Shown here one piece after another: positions 1 to 8,759 of a DNA stretch of 33,339 nt. The notes beneath the pieces were generated by a model. The model saw only the letters and a list, made by a program, of their open reading frames with translations. It was not told where the DNA came from and did no database searches. The DNA is taken from IMG/VR virus record IMGVR_UViG_2671180294_000014; one strand, written 5' to 3'. Within the stretch, counting starts at the first letter, position 1. Each line of letters begins with the position of its first letter. Origin of the DNA: a virus (Duplodnaviria; Heunggongvirae; Uroviricota; Caudoviricetes). The translations under genes and the position numbers were made by a program.

Positions 1-981
1 TTATAACGTCACTCCGCCTTTTAGTGGATTCAGAGCGACGGCATTTTGCAGATAGTCAGGCGCAAGGTGCGCATAGGCCATCGTCTGCTGAATGCTCGCA
101 TGTCCCAGAATCTGTTGCAGTGCGATTATATTGCCCCCATTCATCATGAAATGGCTTGCGAATGTATGCCGCAGGATGTGGGTTGCCTGATTGGGTGGTA
201 TATCAGGTTTCACTCTGCGTAAAATCCCGCAAAATTTCTCATAATCAACTTTGAATAATTTGGCGCTGGCCTCCTCTTTAACTTTTTTCTCCAGTTCCTC
301 AGAAATCGGCACGGTTCGCTTTTTACCGTTTTTGGTTTTCAGGAAGGTAACCCTGCAATTTGTAATCTGTGCTGGTTTTAGCGTGGCAACTTTCGTCCAT
401 CTTCCTCCAGTGCTCAGACATAAAAGCGCGACAAGTAAGTCATCACCAGCCAAAACATTTAACAGTTTTTCGATTTCTGCTTTTTCCAGGAACGTCATTT
501 CAGGGTTGGCCTCCGCCAGTGGCGGCAGTCCGTGAATTGGGTGTTGCCCGGAAAATTCATCCAATTGAATTAATTTTGTGAACATGCCGGATAATCTGTA
601 CATGTCACGGTTTATCGTTGCGGCACTGATACCATCACGTAGTCGCATGGAACGATAATCCATCAAAGCCCTTTTGCTCATCCTGCTCACTGGTATATCA
701 CCTATGCCGCTGATGGTTTTGAGTAGATGATTAAACTCTTTTGTTCCATGCTCGTGGTTTTGCCCGTGATATTTCCACCAGATGTCCAGCAACTCACTCA
801 AAGTCCGGCGGTCTGCTCGCTGGCCTCCCCATTCTTTCTGACTGGCATTGGCGATTGTGTATCGCTCAAATGCTAGTGCTTCAGCTTTTCTTTCGAATTT
901 CCTGCGGATGCGTTTTCCGTCGCGACCGCGAGGTCTAATGTCCACTTCATAGCGACCATCATCGAGCTTCTTAATTGCCAT
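1..981 (-). CDS. int: P2-family tyrosine integrase
   Basis: ORF 1..1011(-). Product resembles P2 Int as I recall it (N-term MAIKKLDDGRYEVDIRP; C-terminal HxLRHTFAS...Y catalytic region). Start set at ATG 979-981 by that homology; upstream alternative start at 1011. Stop codon is the first 3 nt of the window, so attL lies outside it. Confidence 0.9.
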   Translation of the reverse strand: MAIKKLDDGRYEVDIRPRGRDGKRIRRKFERKAEALAFERYTIANASQKEWGGQRADRRTLSELLDIWWKYHGQNHEHGTKEFNHLLKTISGIGDIPVSRMSKRALMDYRSMRLRDGISAATINRDMYRLSGMFTKLIQLDEFSGQHPIHGLPPLAEANPEMTFLEKAEIEKLLNVLAGDDLLVALLCLSTGGRWTKVATLKPAQITNCRVTFLKTKNGKKRTVPISEELEKKVKEEASAKLFKVDYEKFCGILRRVKPDIPPNQATHILRHTFASHFMMNGGNIIALQQILGHASIQQTMAYAHLAPDYLQNAVALNPLKGGVTL

Positions 982-1050
982 AAGAAAGCCCTCCGGCGCT
1001 GTATTCACCATCTTGGTAGCAAATGGTGAAAATGTAATCTTTATATAGAG

Positions 1051-1344
1051 TTAGCCAATCCTTTTCGCGGAGTGGTTGGACTCTGTTGACTCTGGCCCAA
1101 TGTGCGCGAGAGCCGGTGCGATTTGTCCTGCGTCCGGCGCGGTTTTATCTGTCATAAGCCATAGAGCATATTTTTGGAATGTGGGATGCATAGTGATTTT
1201 TAGCAAAGCTGTGCCACCGGGTTCAAAGTTTCCTCCTTCATATTTTTTAAGTGTGCTTAGCGGTAACTCTATGATTTCACAGAATTTTGATTGGCTTAGC
1301 CCTTCAGCCTCACGCAAGGCCTTAATCTTTTCGCTTAATTTCAT
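1051..1344 (-). CDS. C: P2-type immunity repressor C (short HTH repressor), sequence diverged from P2 C
   Basis: 97-aa ORF directly upstream of int on the same strand and divergent from cox. Shares the GQIAPALAH C-terminal motif I recall from P2 C; the rest differs. Confidence 0.8.
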   Translation of the reverse strand: MKLSEKIKALREAEGLSQSKFCEIIELPLSTLKKYEGGNFEPGGTALLKITMHPTFQKYALWLMTDKTAPDAGQIAPALAHIGPESTESNHSAKRIG

Positions 1345-1465
1345 TTGACATGGTGCCTATATAGGGACTAAATTCCCTCAAAACTGGAACCTATATAGGT
1401 TCCATTGATTTGAGAATAAACCAGCGTCTAAACGGTTTTGAGTGGTTTAGAAAGGGCTGGATCCT
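1345..1465. promoter_or_regulatory. C/cox divergent promoter-operator switch region (Pe/Pc equivalent)
   Basis: 121-bp gap between divergent C and cox. TTGACA at 1345-1350 with TAAATT 18 nt downstream (candidate rightward promoter). 10-bp palindrome CCTATATAGG occurs twice (1356-1365, 1390-1399); the second sits inside a perfect 18-bp palindrome GGAACCTATATAGGTTCC (1387-1404). Confidence 0.55.
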
Positions 1466-1753
1466 ATGAGGGTACCATATATGGACGCTGAAAATTATGT
1501 GATTCAGTATCCGCTTGATGCGGTTCATGTGGATAAATTTGCTGATTTATTAGGGAAGCCAAAGACAGCCGTCAGTGAAATGGTGAAGGCAAATAAATTA
1601 CCAATTATTGAATTGCGTGATCCTTGCAAACCGAAGGCTCGTGCCGGTGAAAAATGGGTTTTCATTCCTGAGTTTAATCGCGCTGTACGTGAGGCGTTTT
1701 ATAACCGACCGGTTGAACAGCGTGATGCATGGCTTTTGTGGATGGGGTTGTGA
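1466..1753 (+). CDS. cox: Cox-like excisionase / early transcription regulator
   Basis: About 90-95 aa, first gene of the rightward early operon. C-terminal WVFIPEFN...RDAWLLWMGL resembles P2 Cox (WVYLPAWN...RDGWLMWLGL as recalled). Alternative ATG at 1481. Confidence 0.75.
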   Translation: MRVPYMDAENYVIQYPLDAVHVDKFADLLGKPKTAVSEMVKANKLPIIELRDPCKPKARAGEKWVFIPEFNRAVREAFYNRPVEQRDAWLLWMGL

Positions 1754-1755
1754 TT

Positions 1756-1926
1756 ATGAATGAGCCGCGTTGTATTGCTCAGTTATTGCGTAACGAAAGC
1801 CCTAGGGCGATTGACTTCACCATCACCCACGGGAAGGGTCGCAAGGGAATCATTATCCGCACCAAAAAACAGAGTCCGTTAAAAAAGGCTCTGACCTTTC
1901 TGAAAAGCCGGAGGGTCTGGAAATGA
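1756..1926 (+). CDS. small hypothetical early protein (P2 orf78 position)
   Basis: ORF 1729..1926; internal ATG at 1756 sits just after the cox stop. Basic 56-aa product; called by position only. Confidence 0.4.
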   Translation: MNEPRCIAQLLRNESPRAIDFTITHGKGRKGIIIRTKKQSPLKKALTFLKSRRVWK

Positions 1927-2423
1927 CAGTGATGACGCTCAATCTCGTCGAAAAACAGCCAGCAGCTATGCGCCGGATAATTGGTAAGCATCTTGCCGTC
2001 CCTCGTTGGCAGGATACATGTGATTATTATAATCAGATGATGGAGCGCGAACGGCTAACAGTTTGCTTTCATGCGCAGTTAAAACAACGTCACGCAACGA
2101 TGCGTTTTGAAGAAATGAACGACGTCGAACGTGAACGGCTGGTTTGTGCAATTGATGAATTGCGTGGGGCATTCTCAAAACGCCGTCAGGTTGGCGCAAG
2201 TGAGTATGCATATATTAGTTTTTTAACAGTCAGTCAGCGTCGTACTTTATTTATGCATGCCGGATTGACTGAAAAAGAATTCAATCAGCCATACTGGCGA
2301 ATTAATGAAGAGTCATGTTACTGGCGTGATGCTTTATTCCGTGCATTACGTGAACTATTCAGTCTGTTTGAGTATGCACCGACAATTCTGACGTCGGTAA
2401 AACCAGAGCAATATTTGCATTAA
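1923..2423 (+). CDS. B: replication protein B (helicase-loader-like)
   Basis: 166 aa, near-identical to my recollection of P2 gpB (MTVMTLNLVEKQPAAMRRIIGKHLAVPRWQDTCDYYNQMMERERL...). ATG overlaps the upstream stop. Confidence 0.9.
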   Translation: MTVMTLNLVEKQPAAMRRIIGKHLAVPRWQDTCDYYNQMMERERLTVCFHAQLKQRHATMRFEEMNDVERERLVCAIDELRGAFSKRRQVGASEYAYISFLTVSQRRTLFMHAGLTEKEFNQPYWRINEESCYWRDALFRALRELFSLFEYAPTILTSVKPEQYLH

Positions 2424-2486
2424 ATAATTAACCAGAGTTTTTAACGCACTTAATTGTGCGGGGCTTCTTTTTGCCTGGAGAAAGTC

Positions 2487-2711
2487 ATGCATACAGTTTC
2501 TGAAAATCAGTGCGGTAAATACGCATTACTGCTGCAACAGGCCAGAACCGAAGCACAGGCCGACGCTGCGACGCGCTTTTCTTCTCATCTTGACGCCATG
2601 ATTCGCCATATCACAAAGGCGGAGTTATCCCGCGTGGAGATAGTCGAGCTGCTCAGTCAGGAGTCGGAAAAATTTCACAATATCGGATTGTCTCGCGGGG
2701 AGGTGCTTTGA
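2487..2711 (+). CDS. hypothetical early protein (P2 orf80 position)
   Basis: ORF 2454..2711; ATG at 2487 preceded by GGAGAAAG. Translationally coupled to the next ORF. Confidence 0.55.
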   Translation: MHTVSENQCGKYALLLQQARTEAQADAATRFSSHLDAMIRHITKAELSRVEIVELLSQESEKFHNIGLSRGEVL

Positions 2712-3010
2712 TGTCCTGTTCTCATTCAGTTGTATTACTGAATAACGCCTTAAAAATCGCCGTTATGAAAAATGGCGACTTGTCTCTTATTCAACTTTGT
2801 CTTGATAAAGAAAAACGCGACATCACTGAATCTGTTATCGCGATTTATCAGAATGAATTAAACCTCCTGTCTGATGTGGTCAATTTACTTGTTAAACGCG
2901 CTGTATTCCACAAGCAAATTTCCTCAGTGGATGAACTGACAAAATTAACGACAGAACTTGCCAGTTATTGCGCTGATGTATCCAGGAAACTTAACGATAA
3001 AAGGAGCTGA
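2711..3010 (+). CDS. hypothetical early protein (P2 orf81 position)
   Basis: ORF 2708..3010; ATG at 2711 overlaps the upstream stop. Confidence 0.55.
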   Translation: MSCSHSVVLLNNALKIAVMKNGDLSLIQLCLDKEKRDITESVIAIYQNELNLLSDVVNLLVKRAVFHKQISSVDELTKLTTELASYCADVSRKLNDKRS

Positions 3011-3012
3011 TA

Positions 3013-3237
3013 ATGCCGGACAACATAGATTTTATTCAGGAACAACAGGCTGAATTACTGGAGCGCCAGATTAACGCGGCAAGGGTAAAACATTGCGGTG
3101 CTTCTGCGCTGGTTTGCGAAGAGTGTGACGCGCCAATTCCTGCTGCCCGTCGTGCGGCTTATCCGTCAGCCACGCGTTGTGTTTCCTGTCAGTCAGTCTT
3201 TGAAGCAAAAAACAAACATTACCGGAGAACGGCATGA
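3013..3237 (+). CDS. TraR/DksA-family C4 zinc-finger protein (P2 orf82 position)
   Basis: 74 aa with CxxC-N17-CxxC (CEECDAPIPAARRAAYPSATRCVSCQ). AAGGAG RBS 6 nt upstream of ATG 3013. Confidence 0.75.
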   Translation: MPDNIDFIQEQQAELLERQINAARVKHCGASALVCEECDAPIPAARRAAYPSATRCVSCQSVFEAKNKHYRRTA

Positions 3238-3509
3238 GTATTCGTATTGAAATTGGCGAACGTTATGTCGTTACCAGTGACAGCTTCCAGTTTATTCTCC
3301 ACGAGAAAAAGAGAGCGGAAAGCGGTAAAAACGCCGGTCAGGAATGGCTGGCGGTGGTTGGTTATTACCCGAAATTAAGCCAGCTCGTTTCCGGCCTGAT
3401 GCATCACGATATTCTGACCGGAAGCGCAAAGTCTTTTGCTGATTTAAACGCGCAGGTTGAGCAACTCAGCAAGCGTTGTTCAGAGGCTTTTGGCTCATAT
3501 GGCCGTTAA
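3234..3509 (+). CDS. hypothetical early protein (P2 orf83 position)
   Basis: 91-aa ORF; ATG overlaps the upstream stop; 3' end overlaps the start of A. Confidence 0.55.
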   Translation: MSIRIEIGERYVVTSDSFQFILHEKKRAESGKNAGQEWLAVVGYYPKLSQLVSGLMHHDILTGSAKSFADLNAQVEQLSKRCSEAFGSYGR

Positions 3510-5796
3510 AGCCTCCGGGCGTTTTGTCCCTCCGTCAGCATTTGCTGCAGGCACCGGTAAGGCGTTTACCGGTGCTTATGCATGGAACGCGCCACGCGAG
3601 GCTGTCGGGCGCGAAAGACCCCTTACACGTGACGAGATGCGTCAGGTGCAAGGTGTTTTATCCACGATTAACCGCCTGCCTTACTTTTTGCGCTCGCTGT
3701 TTACGTCACGCTATGACTACATCCGGCGCAATAAAAGCCCGGTGCACGGGTTTTATTTCCTCACATCCACTTTTCAGCGTCGTTTATGGCCGCGCATTGA
3801 GCGTGTGAATCAGCGCCATGAAATGAACACCGACGCGTCGATGCTGTTTCTGGCTGAGCGTGACCACTATGCGCGCCTGCCGGGAATGAATGACAAGGAG
3901 CTGAAAAAGTTTGCCGCCCGTATCTCATCGCAGCTTTTCATGATGTATGAGGAACTCAGCGATGCCTGGGTGGATGCGCATGGCGAAAAAGAATCGCTGT
4001 TTACGGATGAGGCGCAGGCTCACCTCTATGGTCATGTTGCTGGCGCTGCACGTGCTTTCAATATTTCCCCTCTCTACTGGAAAAAATACCGTAAAGGACA
4101 GATGACCACGAGGCAGGCATATTCTGCCATTGCCCGTCTGTTTAACGATGAGTGGTGGATTAGTCAGCTTAAAGGCCAGCGTATGCGCTGGCATGAGGCG
4201 TTACTGATTGCTGTCGGGGAGGTCAATAAAGACCGTTCTCCTTATGCCAGTAAACATGCCATTCGTGATGTGCGTGCACGCCGCCAGGCAAATCTGGAAT
4301 TTCTTAAATCGTGTGATCTCGAAAACAGGGAAACAGGCGAGCGCATCGACCTTATCAGTAAGGTGATGGGCAGTATTTCTAATCCTGAAATTCGCCGGAT
4401 GGAGCTGATGAACACCATTGCCGGTATTGAGCGTTACGCCGCCGCAGAAGGTGATGTGGGGATGTTTATCACGCTGACCGCGCCGTCAAAGTATCACCCG
4501 ACACGTCAGGTTGGAAAAGGCGAAAGTAAAACCGTCCAGCTAAATCACGGCTGGAACGATGAGGCATTTAATCCAAAGGATGCGCAGCGTTATCTCTGCC
4601 GTATCTGGAGCCTGATGCGCACGGCATTCAAGGATAATGATTTACAGGTCTACGGTTTGCGAGTCGTCGAGCCACACCACGACGGAACGCCGCACTGGCA
4701 TATGATGCTTTTTTGTAATCCACGCCAGCGTAACCAGATTATCGAAATCATGCGTCGCTACGCGCTCAAAGAGGATGGCGACGAAAGAGGAGCTGCGCGA
4801 AACCGTTTTCAGGCAAAACATCTTAATCGGGGCGGTGCTGCGGGGTATATCGCGAAATACATCTCAAAAAATATCGACGGCTATGCACTGGATGGGCAGC
4901 TCGATAACGATAGCGGCAGACCGCTGAAAGATACTGCCGCGGCTGTTACCGCATGGGCGTCAACGTGGCGCATTCCGCAATTTAAAACGGTTGGCCTGCC
5001 GACAATGGGGGCTTACCGTGAACTACGCAAATTGCCTCGCGGCGTCAGCATTGCTGATGAGTTTGACGAGCGCGTCGAGGCTGCACGCGCCGCCGCAGAC
5101 AGTGGTGATTTTGCGCTGTATATCAGCGCGCAGGGTGGGGCAAATGTCCCGCGCGATTGTCAGACTGTCAGGGTCGCCCGTAGTCCGTCGGATGAAGTTA
5201 ACGAGTACGAGGAAGAAGTCGAGAGAGTGGTCGGCATTTACGCGCCGCATCTCGGCGCGCGTCATATTCATATCACCAGAACGACGGACTGGCGCATTGT
5301 TCCGAAAGTGCCGGTCGTTGAGCCTTTGACTTTAAAAAGCGGCATCGCCGCGCCTCGGAGTCCTGTCAATAACTGTGGAAAGCTCACTGGTGGTGATACT
5401 TCGTTACCGGCTCCCACACCTTCTGAGCACGCCGCAGCAGTGCTTAATCTGGTAGATGACGGTGTTATCGAATGGAATGACCCGGAGGTTGTGAGGGCGC
5501 TCAGAGGTGCATTAAAACACGGACTGAGAAGACCAAACCGTCAGCAAAGAAACGGAAGCCCGTTAAAACCGCATGAAATAGCGCCATCGGCCAGACTGAC
5601 CCGGTCGGAACGAATGCAAATTACCCGTATCCGCGTTGACCTTGCTCAGAACGGTATCAGGCCGCAGCGATGGGAGCTTGAGGTGCTGGCGCGTGGGGCA
5701 ACCGTAAATTATGACGGGAAAAAATTCACTTACCCGCTCGCTGATGAGTGGTCGGGATTCTCAACAGTATTAGAGTCAAACTCAGTGAAGCGTTAA
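3499..5796 (+). CDS. A: replication initiation protein A (rolling-circle initiator)
   Basis: ORF 3457..5796; start set at ATG 3499 (MAVKASGRFVPP...), matching my recollection of P2 gpA over its whole length (765 aa here). Confidence 0.93.
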   Translation: MAVKASGRFVPPSAFAAGTGKAFTGAYAWNAPREAVGRERPLTRDEMRQVQGVLSTINRLPYFLRSLFTSRYDYIRRNKSPVHGFYFLTSTFQRRLWPRIERVNQRHEMNTDASMLFLAERDHYARLPGMNDKELKKFAARISSQLFMMYEELSDAWVDAHGEKESLFTDEAQAHLYGHVAGAARAFNISPLYWKKYRKGQMTTRQAYSAIARLFNDEWWISQLKGQRMRWHEALLIAVGEVNKDRSPYASKHAIRDVRARRQANLEFLKSCDLENRETGERIDLISKVMGSISNPEIRRMELMNTIAGIERYAAAEGDVGMFITLTAPSKYHPTRQVGKGESKTVQLNHGWNDEAFNPKDAQRYLCRIWSLMRTAFKDNDLQVYGLRVVEPHHDGTPHWHMMLFCNPRQRNQIIEIMRRYALKEDGDERGAARNRFQAKHLNRGGAAGYIAKYISKNIDGYALDGQLDNDSGRPLKDTAAAVTAWASTWRIPQFKTVGLPTMGAYRELRKLPRGVSIADEFDERVEAARAAADSGDFALYISAQGGANVPRDCQTVRVARSPSDEVNEYEEEVERVVGIYAPHLGARHIHITRTTDWRIVPKVPVVEPLTLKSGIAAPRSPVNNCGKLTGGDTSLPAPTPSEHAAAVLNLVDDGVIEWNDPEVVRALRGALKHGLRRPNRQQRNGSPLKPHEIAPSARLTRSERMQITRIRVDLAQNGIRPQRWELEVLARGATVNYDGKKFTYPLADEWSGFSTVLESNSVKR

Positions 5797-5882
5797 CTCA
5801 ATAAATATGAGTTTATAAGTTAGGCCTCGAGATTTTGTAGAAAGGGATGTATACTGAGTATCGTATAGATTTGGAGTGAGTG

Positions 5883-6905
5883 ATGACTGTAAAGGTGATA
5901 GACCTTTTTTGTGGTGCTGGCGGATTAACTCATGGTTTGCAGCTTGCGGGGCTTGATGTCGTTGCAGGCATTGACCTTGAGGGGGAATGTAGGTTTCCCT
6001 ATGAAAGAAACAATAAATCTAAGTTTATTGAGCAAGATATCGCTAAAGTAACAAAAGAGGAACTGCTGAGGCTTTATGGTGATGCGTCTGTAAAAGTATT
6101 GGCAGGATGCGCACCTTGCCAACCTTTTTCAAAATATACTCAAGGAAAAGATAAGGCTGATGATAAAAAATGGCCTCTTCTTTATGAGTTCGAACGTTTA
6201 ATTCGCGAAGTATCTCCAGAAATCGTAACAATGGAGAACGTTCCTGATGTAACTAAACATAAAGTTTATAATGATTTTTATAATTCATTGTTAAAGTTGG
6301 GCTATTATGTTTGGGCGTCTAAGATTGATTGTGTCGAATATGGAATCCCACAAAACCGTTCCCGTCATGTATTGTTGGCCTCAAAATTGGGGGCGATTGA
6401 GTTAGTAAAACGTGACGATGTTATTTTGAAAACAGTTAGAGATGCAATAGGAAATCTTCCTCCATTAGAAGATGGCCAAACAGATCCAAATGATATATTA
6501 CATAGAGCCAGTAAATTAAATCCGATTAATAAAAAAAGAATTATACACTCTGTTCCTGGTGGTACATGGAAGGACTGGCCGAAAGAGTTGGTTGCCGCTT
6601 GTCATATGAAATCCAGCGGTAAAGGGTATGCTAGTGTATATGGGCGCATGTCTTGGGATAAGCCAAGTCCAACAATTACAACTCTTTGTTATGGTTTCGG
6701 GAATGGGCGTTTTGGACATCCAGAACAGCATAGAGCGATTTCTCTTAGAGAGGCTGCTTTATTGCAAACTTTCCCGATGGATTATATTTTTGTAGAAGAC
6801 AAAAACAAGTTTGTTATAAGAAGTATTGGGAAAATGATAGGTAATGCTGTTCCTGTGGAACTAGGAAAAGCAATTGGGCAATCAATCAAGAACCATTTAG
6901 AATGA
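5883..6905 (+). CDS. DNA (cytosine-5)-methyltransferase, no recognisable cognate restriction endonuclease
   Basis: ORF 5880..6905; ATG 5883 with GGAG 6 nt upstream. Canonical C5-MTase motifs seen directly: I DLFCGAGG, IV PCQPFS (catalytic Cys), VI ENV, VIII QNRSRHV, X GNAVPV. AT-rich compared with the phage backbone. Confidence 0.9.
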   Translation: MTVKVIDLFCGAGGLTHGLQLAGLDVVAGIDLEGECRFPYERNNKSKFIEQDIAKVTKEELLRLYGDASVKVLAGCAPCQPFSKYTQGKDKADDKKWPLLYEFERLIREVSPEIVTMENVPDVTKHKVYNDFYNSLLKLGYYVWASKIDCVEYGIPQNRSRHVLLASKLGAIELVKRDDVILKTVRDAIGNLPPLEDGQTDPNDILHRASKLNPINKKRIIHSVPGGTWKDWPKELVAACHMKSSGKGYASVYGRMSWDKPSPTITTLCYGFGNGRFGHPEQHRAISLREAALLQTFPMDYIFVEDKNKFVIRSIGKMIGNAVPVELGKAIGQSIKNHLE

Positions 6906-6911
6906 TAAAAT

Positions 6912-6928
6912 GGCCTGCTTTACAGGCC
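6912..6928. terminator. bidirectional intrinsic terminator between convergent genes
   Basis: GGCCTG-cttta-CAGGCC hairpin flanked by an A-run on the left and a T-rich stretch on the right, between the MTase stop (6905) and the stop of the minus-strand gene (6935). Confidence 0.6.
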
Positions 6929-6934
6929 TTATAA

Positions 6935-7615
6935 CTATTGTTCTAAATATTCATTATTATTTATATAGTGCTCTATATTATTCACGATAGCATCAAGATA
7001 GGCGATTACTTCTAATGAAATATTCTCTAAGTCCTGATATGAAACATTTTTTCCAATCTCAGCAAATGATACATTGCCATGAGATAAATCATTACGATGT
7101 TGTTTAACAGTGGCTAATTTTTCACCATGTTTAGTGTGAGTGTAATCGGAATGTGTAGAAAAACCATATATTTTCGATTTTTCTTTGATTTCCTCTCTAT
7201 CAATATTTCCTGAGAATATTTTCTTTTTGTTGAACGTGCCATAAGATATACCGCAAGATATACCTTTGGTAAGGTGATTAACTAAACTTTCAACATTTAC
7301 AGATTCATTTTTTAATCTTTTTAATATTTCTGACCTGAGATTTTTCCTGAGTTTGTCAAATTCTACGTTTCTATCATAAATAGTCTCATGAATAAGGCAG
7401 ATAGCTTCTCTCATTGTTGATTCAATGAGGTTATATAACAGTATATATACTGCTCCCTTTAGAGTTTTTCGTGATTGAGCAGTAATGGAGAACTTATGTT
7501 CTTTATCATCAGCTGATATCAGTTCTGCACCGGCATACTCAATAAATTTCAAAAGATCCAAATAGGCCAAGATCTCTCCTGACCTTTCGTCAAAATCCTC
7601 ACGAAAACGATCCAT
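6935..7615 (-). CDS. hypothetical protein with HEPN-like Rx4H motif; downstream gene of the two-gene cargo operon
   Basis: 226-aa ORF. ATG at 7615 lies 1 nt after the upstream gene's TAA (TAAcATG); GAGGA RBS. C-terminal region has KQHRNDLSHGN, matching the HEPN Rx4-6H signature. Strongly AT-rich. Confidence 0.65.
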   Translation of the reverse strand: MDRFREDFDERSGEILAYLDLLKFIEYAGAELISADDKEHKFSITAQSRKTLKGAVYILLYNLIESTMREAICLIHETIYDRNVEFDKLRKNLRSEILKRLKNESVNVESLVNHLTKGISCGISYGTFNKKKIFSGNIDREEIKEKSKIYGFSTHSDYTHTKHGEKLATVKQHRNDLSHGNVSFAEIGKNVSYQDLENISLEVIAYLDAIVNNIEHYINNNEYLEQ

Positions 7616-7616
7616 G

Positions 7617-8759
7617 TTAATCCTCTAATAATTTATCCCGAACATATTCAATTCGTTCAATTACCTTCACGCGACTATTAGCTCCGTCGGAAGTGGTCAA
7701 TCGTTTGAATTCTTCTGAGCTTAGCCAATCTAAGTTCTTGGGAACAAGGTCAGGGACTTCACGTAATGCAAGTGCTGCGCCAACAGCGAGAGATTCGAAT
7801 CTAACTCGAGGTGTAGATTTTGCAGTAATAGTTTTCTTGAATCCTGCTGGGAAATAGTTTTCAACAAAAGATAGAACATTAGCAAACTCTTGTTTCATTG
7901 AGTTTTGTTTAGTTTCGTCTATATCTCGATTTTCTGACATATAGTCATTTAGAAAATCCCGTACGGAATGATCAAAGTTCTTGTACTTATCTACGTAGGC
8001 AAAGAATCTTAATGTAAATTCTAACCGTTCATCTCGTTTTTCTTTAGTCTGAGATAAAGGTGCTAATTCTTTAAATTTAGGTATTGTTGAGCATGGCTTA
8101 ATAACCTGTGTATATAAATTTGTTGAACCAAGTTCTGATCCTTTACGGACTTCCATATCTTTCAATATATCGCTGCCAGAGTTAATACGCTCAAAAAGAT
8201 CTCTACGGGTTTCTTCATTGCATTTAGAACTCAATTCTATAACGCGGACAGGAATTCTCATGAAACGACGTTGACGTGATAATGGTAAATCTTGGAATTT
8301 GAAACCATTAAGGACGTCTAAAGATTTCAGGTCTTGTAAAACTAATTCATTTTGGATAAAAGCGTGTATAGTCCTAACTCGTTGTGAGCCATCAACAATC
8401 TCAATTCGCCCATCTAAATCGGGATCTTCGGAGAGAACATCTGCTATAAATATATATGGTATAGGAAAACCCAAAATCAAAGACTCTATCAATTTTGATT
8501 GTCTTTTTTCACTCCAAACAAAATCCCTTTGATAATCAGGAACAAAGAGTTCGTTAGTATCATCCTCTAATCCGTTATGATACTTATTAACTAATAACTC
8601 AACGGTAAATTCTTTGGTCTCAAAATCCACATCCTTTTGCTCAGCACGAATTTGCTCTTCAGCGTTTTGCTTTATCACCTCTAGCTGAGCAAGCAACTCT
8701 GCTCTTTTCTTGGCATTATCTTCATTTTCTAGTTGAGATTTTAAATCAATAATGTCCAT
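7617..8759 (-). CDS. DUF262 (ParB/Srx-like, GmrS-type) domain protein; upstream gene of the two-gene cargo operon
   Basis: ORF 7617..8777 (TTG start); ATG at 8759 preferred (AAGGGAA 6 nt upstream). Shows DUF262 hallmark motifs: PDYQRDFVW and IEIVDGSQR (DGQQR-type). N-terminal coiled-coil-like segment. No HNH/DUF1524 motifs found in the C-terminal half. Confidence 0.7.
   Translation of the reverse strand: MDIIDLKSQLENEDNAKKRAELLAQLEVIKQNAEEQIRAEQKDVDFETKEFTVELLVNKYHNGLEDDTNELFVPDYQRDFVWSEKRQSKLIESLILGFPIPYIFIADVLSEDPDLDGRIEIVDGSQRVRTIHAFIQNELVLQDLKSLDVLNGFKFQDLPLSRQRRFMRIPVRVIELSSKCNEETRRDLFERINSGSDILKDMEVRKGSELGSTNLYTQVIKPCSTIPKFKELAPLSQTKEKRDERLEFTLRFFAYVDKYKNFDHSVRDFLNDYMSENRDIDETKQNSMKQEFANVLSFVENYFPAGFKKTITAKSTPRVRFESLAVGAALALREVPDLVPKNLDWLSSEEFKRLTTSDGANSRVKVIERIEYVRDKLLED

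Noticed and set aside
1076-1348. 90-aa plus-strand ORF overlapping the C repressor gene
   Set aside because: Antisense to C; C is supported by position, size and a conserved motif.
3476-3808. 110-aa alternative-frame ORF at the start of A
   Set aside because: Nested inside A, whose own frame matches P2 gpA along its full length.
5925-6731. Small antisense ORFs inside the MTase gene (5925..6122, 6043..6231, 6516..6731)
   Set aside because: Nested antisense to a gene with a complete set of C5-MTase motifs; AT-rich DNA yields such frames by chance.
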